A program made the translations under genes and the position numbers. Positions 45,728 to 56,518 of a stretch of DNA of 64,000 nt are shown piece by piece (positions within the stretch are counted from its first letter, which is position 1; each line of letters begins with the position of its first letter). The notes beneath the pieces were generated by a model. It did no database searches. It was not told the DNA's origin and worked only from the letters and a program-made list of their open reading frames with translations. The DNA is taken from IMG/VR virus record IMGVR_UViG_3300045971_000344, positions 230,945-294,944 of that record; one strand, written 5' to 3'.

Positions 45728-48700
45728 ATGTTAGGATCAGCAGCAGGTTTAAGCTCGAAGTTTAAAAAACAATTTGGACATGGAATTGAAGTCTCAGCGC
45801 CCAGACAAAAGGGTGTAGCTCCGGACAAAGTGTTTGAAAGTAAGATGCATGAAAAAACACTTGAAGTACCTTTATCAGAAGGTGGCCAGCCCAAGCGCGA
45901 ATTCTTGGACTGTTTGTATCGTGCTTTCTCTCCAGAAGAAAAACAGAAGGTAACTAAGAAGACCGAAGAACTTAAGATCGAGGTTTCTAAAGATTTCGGT
46001 TGGGATGTTCTTTTCCGTAAGATCAACGAAATCCAAAATACAGTTGAGGCAATAAAAGTCAGACACTTTGCTTTGTTGGCTATTATGTCCGATTTAGCTA
46101 CAGGTCAGATTTGGAACTGTTACGATGCTGAGGAAGACTATAATGCCTTTAAGGCAGGTACAGCAACAGTACCTCAAGTAGTAAATTTGATTGTTACTAT
46201 AACAGGTACTAGTAGATCTTATCGTTACCCCGAAGCTACTTCTAAAGAAGGCTTTATTGCAAAGACCGTTGGTAAAGAATTTGATGAGTACATGATTGCC
46301 ATGAATAAATTTATGGCATCAGACTCTACCTTTATTCTAAAACGTAGTGGCTCTGATATTGATCTAGAGTGGGTTGGTGATGGTAGGGCCAATGAGTCAC
46401 CTGTACCTAGTTATAACTATCCTGATCCTAAAAAGATTATTTCAAAAGAAGACTTTTCAGAACTGGTAGTTAAAAGAGAACTTGCAGGAAATTCTGGAGC
46501 TATAATTACAGCCCTTTACTCTGAGGTTTACGAGTCAGTATTTAACTTTCTTTCTTCCGTAGTTCCTGGGTTGAATACTAATCTCCATACAAAACAGTTT
46601 ACTCAGCATAAATTGGATTTTATGCTTGATCTGACTGTTAGTCGGACATTTAGAGAATACCTTATTAGGGAGTGGGACGTAATTAACCTCCCCAAAGGTT
46701 TTCAGGAAGCGCGTGGAAAGTATTTATCCCTCCTTATACACAGGGGCTACAATAAAAATTATATCCCTCTGGAGCGGGCAAAGAACGCGCAGAGATCAGC
46801 ATTCGATCTTTATGACAAAGTACGGTGTACACTTAGTGTCCCCGTTAATGTAGACGGTTCTACGCAACTTGAAGAACGTGAAGTTATTGCTACCATGAGA
46901 ACCTGGAGTAGAAATAAAAAGAAGCTTAGTGTTGATTACCAAGGTAATGAATACAAAATTACTGAAGTAAAGGACTTACGACTCTTCCTTAAAGAGGGCC
47001 TTGAGAACTTGACTAGACCAGACGTTGCTATACTTAACGCGATAAATCTCTCTCTTCATTTTACCTTTAAGATAAAAATGAATGAGCAATTTACTAGAGT
47101 GGTTACTCAGACAGTAAGCGGAAAAGTTGGGTTCTCTGCAATGCGGACATGGATTATGATTTGGCAGAAACTTAAGTTCACTCGCTCTAGAGAGTTTAAG
47201 CGCACACCTAAGTATATTCTACCTTATAGCACCTTGGCGTCCAATCCTGCGTTTAAATCAAAAAGTTCGGTACCTGCGGAACGTACAGATGAAAATGGTA
47301 TGACCGTAGATAATGTGGGAAGAATAATTTATGTCCCGCCTATTTCCGACACTCTTCCTTTAGAGTACGAAAAGACGTTGGATGAACTCTTGGAAAGTTC
47401 TTACGCTAACAATGAGCCCTTCAATATTGAGAATACAACTAGTGCACCTATTTATAAGTTAACTCGCTCTACAGAAGAGCAAGAAGCTAGGGTAGAGGGT
47501 ATAGAGAAACTTACAAGATTTAACCTGCTTCCCTTAGCAGTTAACTGGACTACCAACGTTGTTCTTTACCCAGGTAATTCTAATAAGAACAAAGTTGAGG
47601 CAGTTAACCTTGATGGGGCGATGAAACCAGATGTTAGGACAATGGCAGACTGGATGGGTATGCCTACAAGGGGAGGAGAAGAAGGTGGACCCGGGGGTAA
47701 ATTCCCTGGTGGAAAGCCAGGTATGCTGGCTTACAGTCAAATGACCGGAGTGTCTAAAATAACCGAGCCTGCAGAGCTTATTACTGCATTGTTTTTTGTT
47801 GAAGTTTTCTATGATTGGTTATTAACAAATAAAAAGGTAGCGGATTATGATACTATTTTACAAAGAGCAAAAAAGCATTTAGAGGGAATTGAGCGCGGAC
47901 CAGAAATTACTGAGATTGATACTCCTGAAATCTATAAACGTATAATAACCGATGATAAATTTATAACAGCTGGTTTATCCTCTTATGATAATACTGGTAA
48001 TGCAGGGTCGATGCTAAAAGCTGCAATGTGGGCCGCAAACCCTCATAATCCTAAGTTTCAGGCTGTTTGTAAGTCCTATACTGTTGCTACAACAGACCAT
48101 CCTTGTTATTTTAAATTAGATGAATCTACTTTATCTAAAATTCATGAAAGCCTAAGTCTTTTACTTGGTGGTGCTCTTTGGATTGAGTTGTGTAAAGAGT
48201 GTAATGAATTTCTTAAGGACCAGAAAGCCTTAGAAGACTTGATCTTGAATGGTGTTGAAATTGACCACATGGATATGTTGAATTACGATACACTATCTAC
48301 TAAGATAGTTCCTCAGATAAAGATTTGGGGCGTCTATATGCCTCAATCTGATGATATTTTACTGAAGGCGCATGAGCATAAAAAGACTTTGGAGAAAACT
48401 AAGGACTATGTACCTGAGGTTCCTGGTATTAAAGAAATAGACCCAACTGATCCAAAACAGGAGGGGTTTGCTCTACAACCACATCAGGTAGACGTAATGG
48501 CATATTCGGCGTCACACCCTAGATTTATGATCCTCGATGTTGCCCCTGGTGGTGGAAAGACGACTCTTGGGCTATCAGAGATCTTAACGTATTTAGGTGA
48601 GGGTCGGATTAAGCGTCCTATGGTAATGATGCCTGCGAAGCTCATTAAGAACTGGATTAACGATTGCATCCATGTTCTTAAAGCACCAGTTAACTTCATA

Positions 48701-51700
48701 CCCATTACAACTCAGACAATAAATAATTGGGGTCGTGAAGAACTTGCTAGGAAAATAAAAGATGCACCTCCAAATACTATCGTCTGCGTTGCGTATAAGT
48801 GGTTAAGTAATCCTACAGACACAAAGATAGTTATGTACGGTGTACGTCCAGTTAAGGTTTTGGAGAACATTGAGTTCCTTAAGCAGTTTGACTTTGATTA
48901 CATCGCTTGTGATGAGTCTCATAACCTTAAAAACTCTGGTTCTACTGAGACAGTAACACAGAAAAATGGTAAGACAAAGATTAAAGTTAAACGACCCTCT
49001 ACGGCCCATCTTTCTGTCTTACGTTTGGTCAGTACAAACTCTGTTAAGTACATTCGATTACTTACTGGTACCTTAATTAAGAACAATTTACTGGACTTGG
49101 TCGGGCAAGCTCGTTTGTTAAACCCGGCTATCTTTAGAACAATAGATGAGTTTAAAAAGGAATATGGAGACCCTAATTCGCCTGTTCCTACGGATGATGG
49201 TCGAAGGATTCAGCAAGAAATTCGGAATTATCTTGAAGAGTTTGTTACTGTTGTCCAAAAGAAGAAACGTCACTGGGCTTTTGTAATGCCAGAGTTTGTT
49301 GACCAATTCAACTTTGTTGACCCAGATGACCTTGCAAAAGAGTACTATGAGTGGCTTTGTAAGAAAACAATTGACCAAATAGAAGGAACGTTAGGTGCAG
49401 ACTCTGAAAAGTTCAAGAACTTGACTAATGGTATAAAGATAAACGCTGAGGGAGAAGACGAAGACGAAGGTGAAGATCCAGATGATGGTGGTGAAGGCGG
49501 AGGTGGTGGGGACGATGATGGTGATGATGAAGATGACGAGTCAGGTACTGATTCAGATGATGATACTCCGGGGGTGTCTTCAGATGTTGCAAAGATAGAG
49601 AGTGCTCTTAATCCGTATTTACAACGACTTGAGATGGCTTTGGTTGATCCAGAGGGAGACTCAGAATTTTCTGAGTTTAAAGATTGGGCTATAGCTAAGG
49701 GTTATGACCCCAGAGTATTGGATATGAGTCCTACTACAAAGGCTCGCAAGGTTTACGAGATCATAAAGATACACTTTGAAGGTCGTTATAACGCGACTGA
49801 CAAGTATGGGCGTAATCTTGAAGATCAAGATCCTTTGACAACTATTGATAGCCTTGAGAACTCAAATAAGATACTTATTTTCTGTAAGTTTTACCGTACC
49901 GTAGATAGCATCTACAATTTTATGCCTGAACAATTTAAGAAGTATGCGGCGAAGTATAGGGCAGCTGATTCGGCTGTCTTGGAAGACTTCTTGGTCAATC
50001 CTAAGTTGAAGATTCTGGTCGCCCTTGAAGACAGTTTACAGGAAGGTCACAACTTACAGTGTTGTTCACGCTTGATCCGCGTAGAGCAGGTTTGGACCCC
50101 AGGTGAAATGGAGCAAGGTGTTTCGAGGGTTCATAGACCAGACGTACTAAATCGTTTTGGGAGGACCAAGATTGTAAGTAACTGGATTATTACAAATGGA
50201 ACCCTTGAAATCGCTAAGATTGGTCGATTGATAGCAAAATCGGTATCGAAAGCAAAGTTTGACGAGGCGGATAGAAAGTATCAGCGTTTACCTAACCTTG
50301 AACCTATTTGTATGAGTTTTGAGGTTCTATCAGGACGTAACAGGGACGGGACGCCAAACAACATTGGTAAAAAAGAAGCGGATGATATTGCTGAATATCT
50401 TGAAGCGTTTGGTATGGACTACCATCAGACCGGTAATGTACGCGGGCTCGCTCAATTCCAAAATGAGGACTTTGAAGAAGAACGTATTAAAGCAAAAGCT
50501 GAAAATAGAGATAAGATGGTTATTGTTAAGACAAAGGAAATGCCAGCGGGCTCAAAGTTTATAAAACACCTGCCTTACGTTATTGGTCAGTCCGTATATG
50601 ACCCGAATGAACTTGGGTTAATTCCTCTTCGAGATTACTTGATCGCGCACCCTGAGCTCAAAGAAAATCTTAAAGAAGGCATCGTAGGATTACCTGTTCA
50701 TATTGCTCAAGGTGAGGGAATAATTCAGTCAATCCGAGAGGTCTCAAAAGGTTTTACTTTAAAAATTCATCTCACTACGGGTGTAACCCTTAAAAGTATT
50801 CGCTGGGATATGGTTTATGTAATAACTAAGACAGATACTAACATGAAGAAAATGCTTAAGAAAGCGAAGGGTGAGGTTGGACCCGAAGTTTCTCCTGAAC
50901 CTACAGAGAAGCAGAAGCGTGTAAGAGAAAAAATTGAACGGCTCAAAGCGCAACAGCCCGAAATGTTTAAGCCACCTAAAGAAGAAAAGGTTCCTAAAGA
51001 GCGGCGTAAGCGTAGAGAAAAAGAGGAAGAGGTAATTGTAGATACCACTGTTAAACAGCCTAAGCTCAAACCTAAGACTGTAATTGACGTTACTCAAGAG
51101 AATGAGGCGACAAAAGACAAGATTAAGCAGACTGGTAATAAAGATCGTCCTGTTAGAGAGAAGGAGAAGGATAAGATTAAACCTAGTTTGACCCCAACAA
51201 AGGATTACGAAAAGAACCTTGCACTTGATGTCTATGCAATGGACTGTAACGGGTTACCTACGCTGTTATTATCTCACGATGACCCAGATAGTAACTTAAT
51301 CGGTAGAAAATTGGGCTTTACCTACTTCGGATCTTATCTCTATTGTGAGCTCAAGACACGCCAGCAGTTTGATCAGTGTATGAAAGGTTTGGATAGCGCT
51401 GGGTTTAAACCGGGTAACAGAAGTCAAAGAGTACTTGACGCGGTCTCAAATACTTTTGTAGGAATTCAGAATAAAGAAAAAGCTTTCCTTAAGATCAAGG
51501 CAATTGATAAACGCCAGTTCTTTAACGTAAACTCAGCAGACCGCGCAAAGGTTAGAGACCCAGCTAGACTAAGTATTTACCCTATTGTTGAAGGTAATGA
51601 CCGCCTTGCACTTTACGTAGATACCTCTAAAGGTAGCGCAGGACCTATGCGTCTCAAGGCCATGAAGAAACTGCCCGATGCACCTAACGTAAAGTGGTTT

Positions 51701-51835
51701 GCCGCCTCCGGTATTTGGGTATATCAGGGTCAAAACGGTCAGAAGTTATTGAAGAAGATTGCTGAGTTCAAAGCCGTAGGCATTAAGGTTAATAACATGG
51801 CTGAAGTTAAAGCCGATATTGAAGCATTATTCTAA
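45728..51835 (+). CDS. Giant SNF2-family helicase/ATPase (2035 aa)
   Basis: LQPHQ, APGGGKT, DESH, LTGT, KILIF, EGHNLQ, WTPGEMEQGVSRVHR. Confidence 0.85.
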   Translation: MLGSAAGLSSKFKKQFGHGIEVSAPRQKGVAPDKVFESKMHEKTLEVPLSEGGQPKREFLDCLYRAFSPEEKQKVTKKTEELKIEVSKDFGWDVLFRKINEIQNTVEAIKVRHFALLAIMSDLATGQIWNCYDAEEDYNAFKAGTATVPQVVNLIVTITGTSRSYRYPEATSKEGFIAKTVGKEFDEYMIAMNKFMASDSTFILKRSGSDIDLEWVGDGRANESPVPSYNYPDPKKIISKEDFSELVVKRELAGNSGAIITALYSEVYESVFNFLSSVVPGLNTNLHTKQFTQHKLDFMLDLTVSRTFREYLIREWDVINLPKGFQEARGKYLSLLIHRGYNKNYIPLERAKNAQRSAFDLYDKVRCTLSVPVNVDGSTQLEEREVIATMRTWSRNKKKLSVDYQGNEYKITEVKDLRLFLKEGLENLTRPDVAILNAINLSLHFTFKIKMNEQFTRVVTQTVSGKVGFSAMRTWIMIWQKLKFTRSREFKRTPKYILPYSTLASNPAFKSKSSVPAERTDENGMTVDNVGRIIYVPPISDTLPLEYEKTLDELLESSYANNEPFNIENTTSAPIYKLTRSTEEQEARVEGIEKLTRFNLLPLAVNWTTNVVLYPGNSNKNKVEAVNLDGAMKPDVRTMADWMGMPTRGGEEGGPGGKFPGGKPGMLAYSQMTGVSKITEPAELITALFFVEVFYDWLLTNKKVADYDTILQRAKKHLEGIERGPEITEIDTPEIYKRIITDDKFITAGLSSYDNTGNAGSMLKAAMWAANPHNPKFQAVCKSYTVATTDHPCYFKLDESTLSKIHESLSLLLGGALWIELCKECNEFLKDQKALEDLILNGVEIDHMDMLNYDTLSTKIVPQIKIWGVYMPQSDDILLKAHEHKKTLEKTKDYVPEVPGIKEIDPTDPKQEGFALQPHQVDVMAYSASHPRFMILDVAPGGGKTTLGLSEILTYLGEGRIKRPMVMMPAKLIKNWINDCIHVLKAPVNFIPITTQTINNWGREELARKIKDAPPNTIVCVAYKWLSNPTDTKIVMYGVRPVKVLENIEFLKQFDFDYIACDESHNLKNSGSTETVTQKNGKTKIKVKRPSTAHLSVLRLVSTNSVKYIRLLTGTLIKNNLLDLVGQARLLNPAIFRTIDEFKKEYGDPNSPVPTDDGRRIQQEIRNYLEEFVTVVQKKKRHWAFVMPEFVDQFNFVDPDDLAKEYYEWLCKKTIDQIEGTLGADSEKFKNLTNGIKINAEGEDEDEGEDPDDGGEGGGGGDDDGDDEDDESGTDSDDDTPGVSSDVAKIESALNPYLQRLEMALVDPEGDSEFSEFKDWAIAKGYDPRVLDMSPTTKARKVYEIIKIHFEGRYNATDKYGRNLEDQDPLTTIDSLENSNKILIFCKFYRTVDSIYNFMPEQFKKYAAKYRAADSAVLEDFLVNPKLKILVALEDSLQEGHNLQCCSRLIRVEQVWTPGEMEQGVSRVHRPDVLNRFGRTKIVSNWIITNGTLEIAKIGRLIAKSVSKAKFDEADRKYQRLPNLEPICMSFEVLSGRNRDGTPNNIGKKEADDIAEYLEAFGMDYHQTGNVRGLAQFQNEDFEEERIKAKAENRDKMVIVKTKEMPAGSKFIKHLPYVIGQSVYDPNELGLIPLRDYLIAHPELKENLKEGIVGLPVHIAQGEGIIQSIREVSKGFTLKIHLTTGVTLKSIRWDMVYVITKTDTNMKKMLKKAKGEVGPEVSPEPTEKQKRVREKIERLKAQQPEMFKPPKEEKVPKERRKRREKEEEVIVDTTVKQPKLKPKTVIDVTQENEATKDKIKQTGNKDRPVREKEKDKIKPSLTPTKDYEKNLALDVYAMDCNGLPTLLLSHDDPDSNLIGRKLGFTYFGSYLYCELKTRQQFDQCMKGLDSAGFKPGNRSQRVLDAVSNTFVGIQNKEKAFLKIKAIDKRQFFNVNSADRAKVRDPARLSIYPIVEGNDRLALYVDTSKGSAGPMRLKAMKKLPDAPNVKWFAASGIWVYQGQNGQKLLKKIAEFKAVGIKVNNMAEVKADIEALF

Positions 51836-51853
51836 AAAAAGGAGATACACTAC

Positions 51854-52276
51854 ATGAGTTTGATTAAATGTCAGCAAAGCATTCTTAAAGACCTTGGACT
51901 TTATCAAGGTAAAATCGAAGGCGCGTGGGGAATAAAGAGTATGTCTGCTATGGCAGGTTTACAGGATACGACTACATTCGCAGGCCTTCGTAGGCGTCCA
52001 GGTAATGAACCTTTTGCACCCTTTGAGCCCCTGCCCAAAGGATGGACTTGGTCGGAAGATGGAACCAGTATTTCCGTCTCCGCAGTTGAGGCAATAGCCC
52101 CAATAAATGCACCTGTTGCTGCTCCGCCCGTTGAGGCCGCCGCTCTTGTGGAAGAGGTAGTAGTACCCGTGGTTGATGCTCCAGTTGAACCTGAACAAGT
52201 AGTAGTAGTGGATTCTCCTGTAGCTTCAGTTCAAAGTGAGCCAACAGAAGGGAAACCCGTATTTAAGAAAAAATAA
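51854..52276 (+). CDS. Protein with peptidoglycan-binding-like N-domain and Pro/Val/Ala-rich tail
   Basis: QQSILKDLGLYQGKIEGAWG..S..A motif. Confidence 0.55.
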   Translation: MSLIKCQQSILKDLGLYQGKIEGAWGIKSMSAMAGLQDTTTFAGLRRRPGNEPFAPFEPLPKGWTWSEDGTSISVSAVEAIAPINAPVAAPPVEAAALVEEVVVPVVDAPVEPEQVVVVDSPVASVQSEPTEGKPVFKKK

Positions 52277-52304
52277 ACACCTCATATTTAAACCTCACGT
52301 AACT

Positions 52305-52332
52305 AAGGGAGTAGGCAACTACTCCCTTTTTT
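52305..52332 (+). terminator. Rho-independent terminator
   Basis: AAGGGAGTAG-GCAA-CTACTCCCTT followed by TTTT. Confidence 0.85.
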
Positions 52333-52394
52333 ACTTTTAGTTTACTAAAACTGTAAATATTGGTACATGAAGTAACTTACACTGAGGTTTATCT

Positions 52395-55322
52395 ATGAAG
52401 ACAATAACGTTTGATATTGACCATGGGTTAAAGGTTAAGTCTTTTAACCCGGAATTACCAGTAGTAGACGTTGGTACAGAAAAGAGAATTCTTTTTGTTT
52501 TGGACAAACTGGACTATATAGAGCAAAAACAAAACTCTTTACTAGTAGGCCCGCAAGGGAGTCTAATTACTTCTTTGGTTACAAAGGCAAAGTCTACTTA
52601 CGTCAAAAACCCTGAAGACAAAAAATTCAGTTGGTCCTGTATTAACTACATAAACTCTATAATAGGCGAAAATAGAACTGAGTGCTATGAATATTTTAAT
52701 GCCAGAGTAGAAGCTTATTGTAAGAAATTTAAACCCACTGCTATAATTTGCTTTAGCCCACGCTTTTTGAGAAATTTATTACCAGAGAAATTTGGTAATT
52801 ACCAGAACTATGGAAAATATCTGGGTGCCTTCGTAGAGTGGAAGAAAATTAAGATTTTTCCTTGTATAGAGATCTATAATTTAGTTACTAAAACTCCGGA
52901 TGAGGGATTGGCGGGTGCTCTGGAAATTGTTTGTAACATTATTGCAAATGGTATTGCCAATAAAATACAGTTTGGTATAAATGAGGACCGAATACTAGAG
53001 TCTAAAAAAGTAATCATTGAGAGTGTAAAGCAGTTTAAATCAATGATGAAGGAATTGAGAACACAAGAGATAGTTGCAATAGATACTGAAACAACTAACC
53101 TGAATAAAATCCAAAATAAATTACTTACGATCCAATTTGCGTACAGTGAAGACCTTGCATATATTCTTCCTATTTATCACCAAGATAGTACTTTTAGCTT
53201 AAAGGAACGCCAGTATATCTTTGATGAGCTGAAAACGTTCTTTGAGGGTGAAAATTCAATAAAATATTTTATTTTTCATAATGCAAACTTTGATCTGAAC
53301 GTAATACGGGTCAATCTAAAGATAGACTTTTATCCCAATAACGTCTGGGATACTATCGGTGGAGAATTTGGGCATTCTGAAAATTGGAAGTTTATTGGGT
53401 CCTGTAAAGGGCTGGAGTTTAAGCCTTACGCACTTGAAACCGTGGCTATTCGTTATGGGTTCTTCGCGTATGGTCATCACACTATTGCTAAGAATGAATC
53501 CAAGAATATACAAACAAAGAAATTAAGCGACCCACTGGTAACAAGTTACTGCGCTTTTGACGTCCTCGTCCCTTTCGCAATCCAGAAAAAACAAATGGCT
53601 CGAGCTAAATTCTTGGGCTATACTAAGTATGAGTCATTAGTATCTCACCAAATTTCTGACCAGATAAATTCATTCTCTGATATGAATATGAATGGGCTTC
53701 ATGTAGACATAAATTACTTGATGTATTTGAACTCAAACGATAGCCCAATTCTTAAGGTTCTTAGAGAAATGGAGCAAAGTATTTATGCTACAGAAGAAGC
53801 AAAAATAGTAAATAAGAAATTGATAAAGTCAGAAAATGTACCAACCAGTGGATTATTCGGAAAGGTAACTACTTGGTTATTTGATATACATAAGCGGGAC
53901 CATAAAGCACGTTTGTTTTTTGATGAGCTTGGATTGAAGCCCCTTTCGTATGGAAAAGATAAAAAAGGAAAAGTCGATAAGGTATTTAAGGCCCACTATT
54001 CAGATATCCCAGCGGTTAAGGCTTATAGCGATTTAGGAAAGGCCGAAAAGCTAAGAGATTCTTACGTTAAGAGCTTTTTGAAGAAGCTTGCTAAATCAGA
54101 TGACTTTAAGCACGATTTCTGTATTCGTCCAAGTTTTAACTTCAGAGATATCGTAACTGGTAGGATATCTGAAAATGACCCCAATTGTCAGCAAATACCT
54201 TCACACTCCGAATTGGGTAAGCATATAAAGAGACTGTTTACTGCACCCGAAGGTTGGGTCGTAATAAAGGTTGACTATAGTGCGCATGAAGTCCGTGGAC
54301 TCGCTCTTATAAGTAAAGACAGTGTATTAGCACAAGTGTTTCAAGTAGGATTAGACCTTAGAAATAAATTTAGGTTAAAACCTAGTAAAGAAACCGCATT
54401 AGAAATAGAATTAACAGGTGACGTACATAAGCTCAACGTGGCCTTCTTTTTCTCTAAGGACTTGACTAAGATAGCGAAAGACGTTTTAAAACAATTGAGG
54501 AATCAGATTAAAGCAGTTGTATTTGGCTTAATTTATGGTAAAGGTAATAAAGCACTTTCAAGAGATTTGGATAAACCCGAGGATTTTGTTGAAGCAATCG
54601 TTAAGAAATTCTTTAATAGATTTAAGCGTGGTGGTCAATGGCTCATTGATATTGAAAAATTCTCAAGAGCTAATCTATTTGTTGAGTCCCCTCTAGGTAG
54701 AAGACGTAACCTTAGCGCATACTTAATACCAAAGTCTTTTGACGTTGCCAATAAGCTTTGGGCCGCGATGGATCGTAGGGCACGAAATAGTCCAATCCAA
54801 GGTATGTGCTCTGACTTTGGATTCATAGGGGTAAGACGGATTGTCCGTAATGCCTGGAATAGAGCTAAAAAAGTAGGTCAAGTAGTACTTAAGGTATGCA
54901 ATGTTGTCCACGACTCGACTGAGACTATCTGTAGATATGAGCATATCATGTACGGAATTAAGACAATTTATCATGAGCTTACGGATGGGGTGGCACAGAC
55001 TGTAGAAGAACGTCATGGTTTCAAATTCTGTATAGGCCTAGAAATTGACTTAGAGGTAGGCGCAAATCTCCGAGATTGCCAAGTGTGGAACGGTGATGCA
55101 GAGGAGCTGTTTAGAATTATCGCTGAGACTTTTGTGTTCCAACGCGATGTTCTTGGATATGAAATAAAGGTAAAGAAATTACTTAAACATTGCTTAGTAG
55201 AACAGTTTAACGATATGCCTAAATTGTTACAACAGCAAATAAATAATCGTAAGTCAGAAATTGACCTTGATGCAATATATAGTAAAGCCGTAGTTACAGT
55301 AAAAGAGAGTAGTTATAAATAA
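52395..55322 (+). CDS. polA: Family A DNA polymerase with 3'-5' exonuclease and degenerate UDG-like N-domain
   Basis: IDTET, HNANFD, YCAFD (exo); TGRISENDPNCQQIP, DYSAHEVR, KAVVFGLIYG, NSPIQG, VHDS. Confidence 0.92.
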   Translation: MKTITFDIDHGLKVKSFNPELPVVDVGTEKRILFVLDKLDYIEQKQNSLLVGPQGSLITSLVTKAKSTYVKNPEDKKFSWSCINYINSIIGENRTECYEYFNARVEAYCKKFKPTAIICFSPRFLRNLLPEKFGNYQNYGKYLGAFVEWKKIKIFPCIEIYNLVTKTPDEGLAGALEIVCNIIANGIANKIQFGINEDRILESKKVIIESVKQFKSMMKELRTQEIVAIDTETTNLNKIQNKLLTIQFAYSEDLAYILPIYHQDSTFSLKERQYIFDELKTFFEGENSIKYFIFHNANFDLNVIRVNLKIDFYPNNVWDTIGGEFGHSENWKFIGSCKGLEFKPYALETVAIRYGFFAYGHHTIAKNESKNIQTKKLSDPLVTSYCAFDVLVPFAIQKKQMARAKFLGYTKYESLVSHQISDQINSFSDMNMNGLHVDINYLMYLNSNDSPILKVLREMEQSIYATEEAKIVNKKLIKSENVPTSGLFGKVTTWLFDIHKRDHKARLFFDELGLKPLSYGKDKKGKVDKVFKAHYSDIPAVKAYSDLGKAEKLRDSYVKSFLKKLAKSDDFKHDFCIRPSFNFRDIVTGRISENDPNCQQIPSHSELGKHIKRLFTAPEGWVVIKVDYSAHEVRGLALISKDSVLAQVFQVGLDLRNKFRLKPSKETALEIELTGDVHKLNVAFFFSKDLTKIAKDVLKQLRNQIKAVVFGLIYGKGNKALSRDLDKPEDFVEAIVKKFFNRFKRGGQWLIDIEKFSRANLFVESPLGRRRNLSAYLIPKSFDVANKLWAAMDRRARNSPIQGMCSDFGFIGVRRIVRNAWNRAKKVGQVVLKVCNVVHDSTETICRYEHIMYGIKTIYHELTDGVAQTVEERHGFKFCIGLEIDLEVGANLRDCQVWNGDAEELFRIIAETFVFQRDVLGYEIKVKKLLKHCLVEQFNDMPKLLQQQINNRKSEIDLDAIYSKAVVTVKESSYK

Positions 55323-55347
55323 CGAACTATGAAGAGGAGATTAAATT

Positions 55348-56046
55348 ATGAAAGATCTAACTTGTGGAATTGTAGAAATCTTTAGTTCATTAGAAGGAGA
55401 AGGAAAATTTATTGGTACACCTACTCTTTTTATTCGTTTAGCTGGGTGTGACGTTGGTTGTAAAAGTTGCGATAGCCGTCAGACCTGGTCGGATAAGTGT
55501 TACCGTAAACAGTCAGTTAGAGCCGTTGTTACTAAGGTAAAAGCACTTAGGTTAAAAACTCCGTCTTTAGGACGAGTAAGCATCACTGGTGGTGAACCCT
55601 TACTAAACACTACGTTTGTAGTTAGTCTCTGCAATTCTCTAATTCAGTATGACCCAAGTATTAAAATAAACCTTGAAACTTCTGGAACTAAATTTCCTCC
55701 TGAAATACTTTTAGACAATATTTTTGATATGATCTCCATGGATATAAAGACACCGTCCTCTGGTGTTATACTAACAAATGAACAAATGCTTAATCTTAAG
55801 CTATTTTCTACAAACTCTAACGTTTATACAAAAGCCGTTATAGCAAATACTTTAGACATTGACTTTGTTTATTTAATTCTTAAAGATATGCCTATAAATA
55901 GCTTGTGCTTTACTCCTTGTGAGACAAACGGTAAATTCTTTAGTACAAATACTATAATGAACTATCTTGCTAAGAATAAGATTCAGTTCAACACTATGGA
56001 TTTTCGTATTATAACTCAGCAACATAAACTCCTTAAATACCGATGA
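55348..56046 (+). CDS. queE: 7-carboxy-7-deazaguanine synthase (radical SAM)
   Basis: EIFSSLEGEG, FIRLAGCDVGCKSCDS, ITGGEPL, LETSG, QQHK. Confidence 0.88.
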   Translation: MKDLTCGIVEIFSSLEGEGKFIGTPTLFIRLAGCDVGCKSCDSRQTWSDKCYRKQSVRAVVTKVKALRLKTPSLGRVSITGGEPLLNTTFVVSLCNSLIQYDPSIKINLETSGTKFPPEILLDNIFDMISMDIKTPSSGVILTNEQMLNLKLFSTNSNVYTKAVIANTLDIDFVYLILKDMPINSLCFTPCETNGKFFSTNTIMNYLAKNKIQFNTMDFRIITQQHKLLKYR

Positions 56047-56489
56047 AGAGCAAGGTTTTTATTTATACCGATGGTTCAGCTGATAATAGACGTAAAGTAG
56101 GTGGGTGGGGCGCGATTCTTATTTATGGAACTGTTACTAAAGAGATACATGGTACAGTAAAAGAAACTACTTCTAATAGAATGGAATTAACTGCGCCTAT
56201 TAAGGCCTTGAAGAAAATGAAAAAATTTGATGTACCAATTGTAATCCATTCCGACTCACAGTATGTAATTCGGGGAATGAATGAATGGATAGAACGATGG
56301 CAAAGAAATAATTGGATTTCCTCAACTAGAAAAGAAGTTGTAAACAAAGATCTCTGGATTAAACTACTGAAGATAAGTAAAAAATTTACCTCCATAGAAT
56401 GGGTTTGGGTTAGAGGTCATGCTGGAGATGAATACCAAGAAGTAGCTCATACCTTAGCTGAAAAAGGCTATAGAAAGCACAACTGTTAA
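56043..56489 (+). CDS. rnhA: Ribonuclease HI
   Basis: IYTDGS, TSNRMEL, SDSQY, VNKDLW, WVRGHAG. Confidence 0.92.
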   Translation: MKSKVFIYTDGSADNRRKVGGWGAILIYGTVTKEIHGTVKETTSNRMELTAPIKALKKMKKFDVPIVIHSDSQYVIRGMNEWIERWQRNNWISSTRKEVVNKDLWIKLLKISKKFTSIEWVWVRGHAGDEYQEVAHTLAEKGYRKHNC

Positions 56490-56518
56490 TAAATACAATA
56501 TAAAATAAAGGAGAGTTT

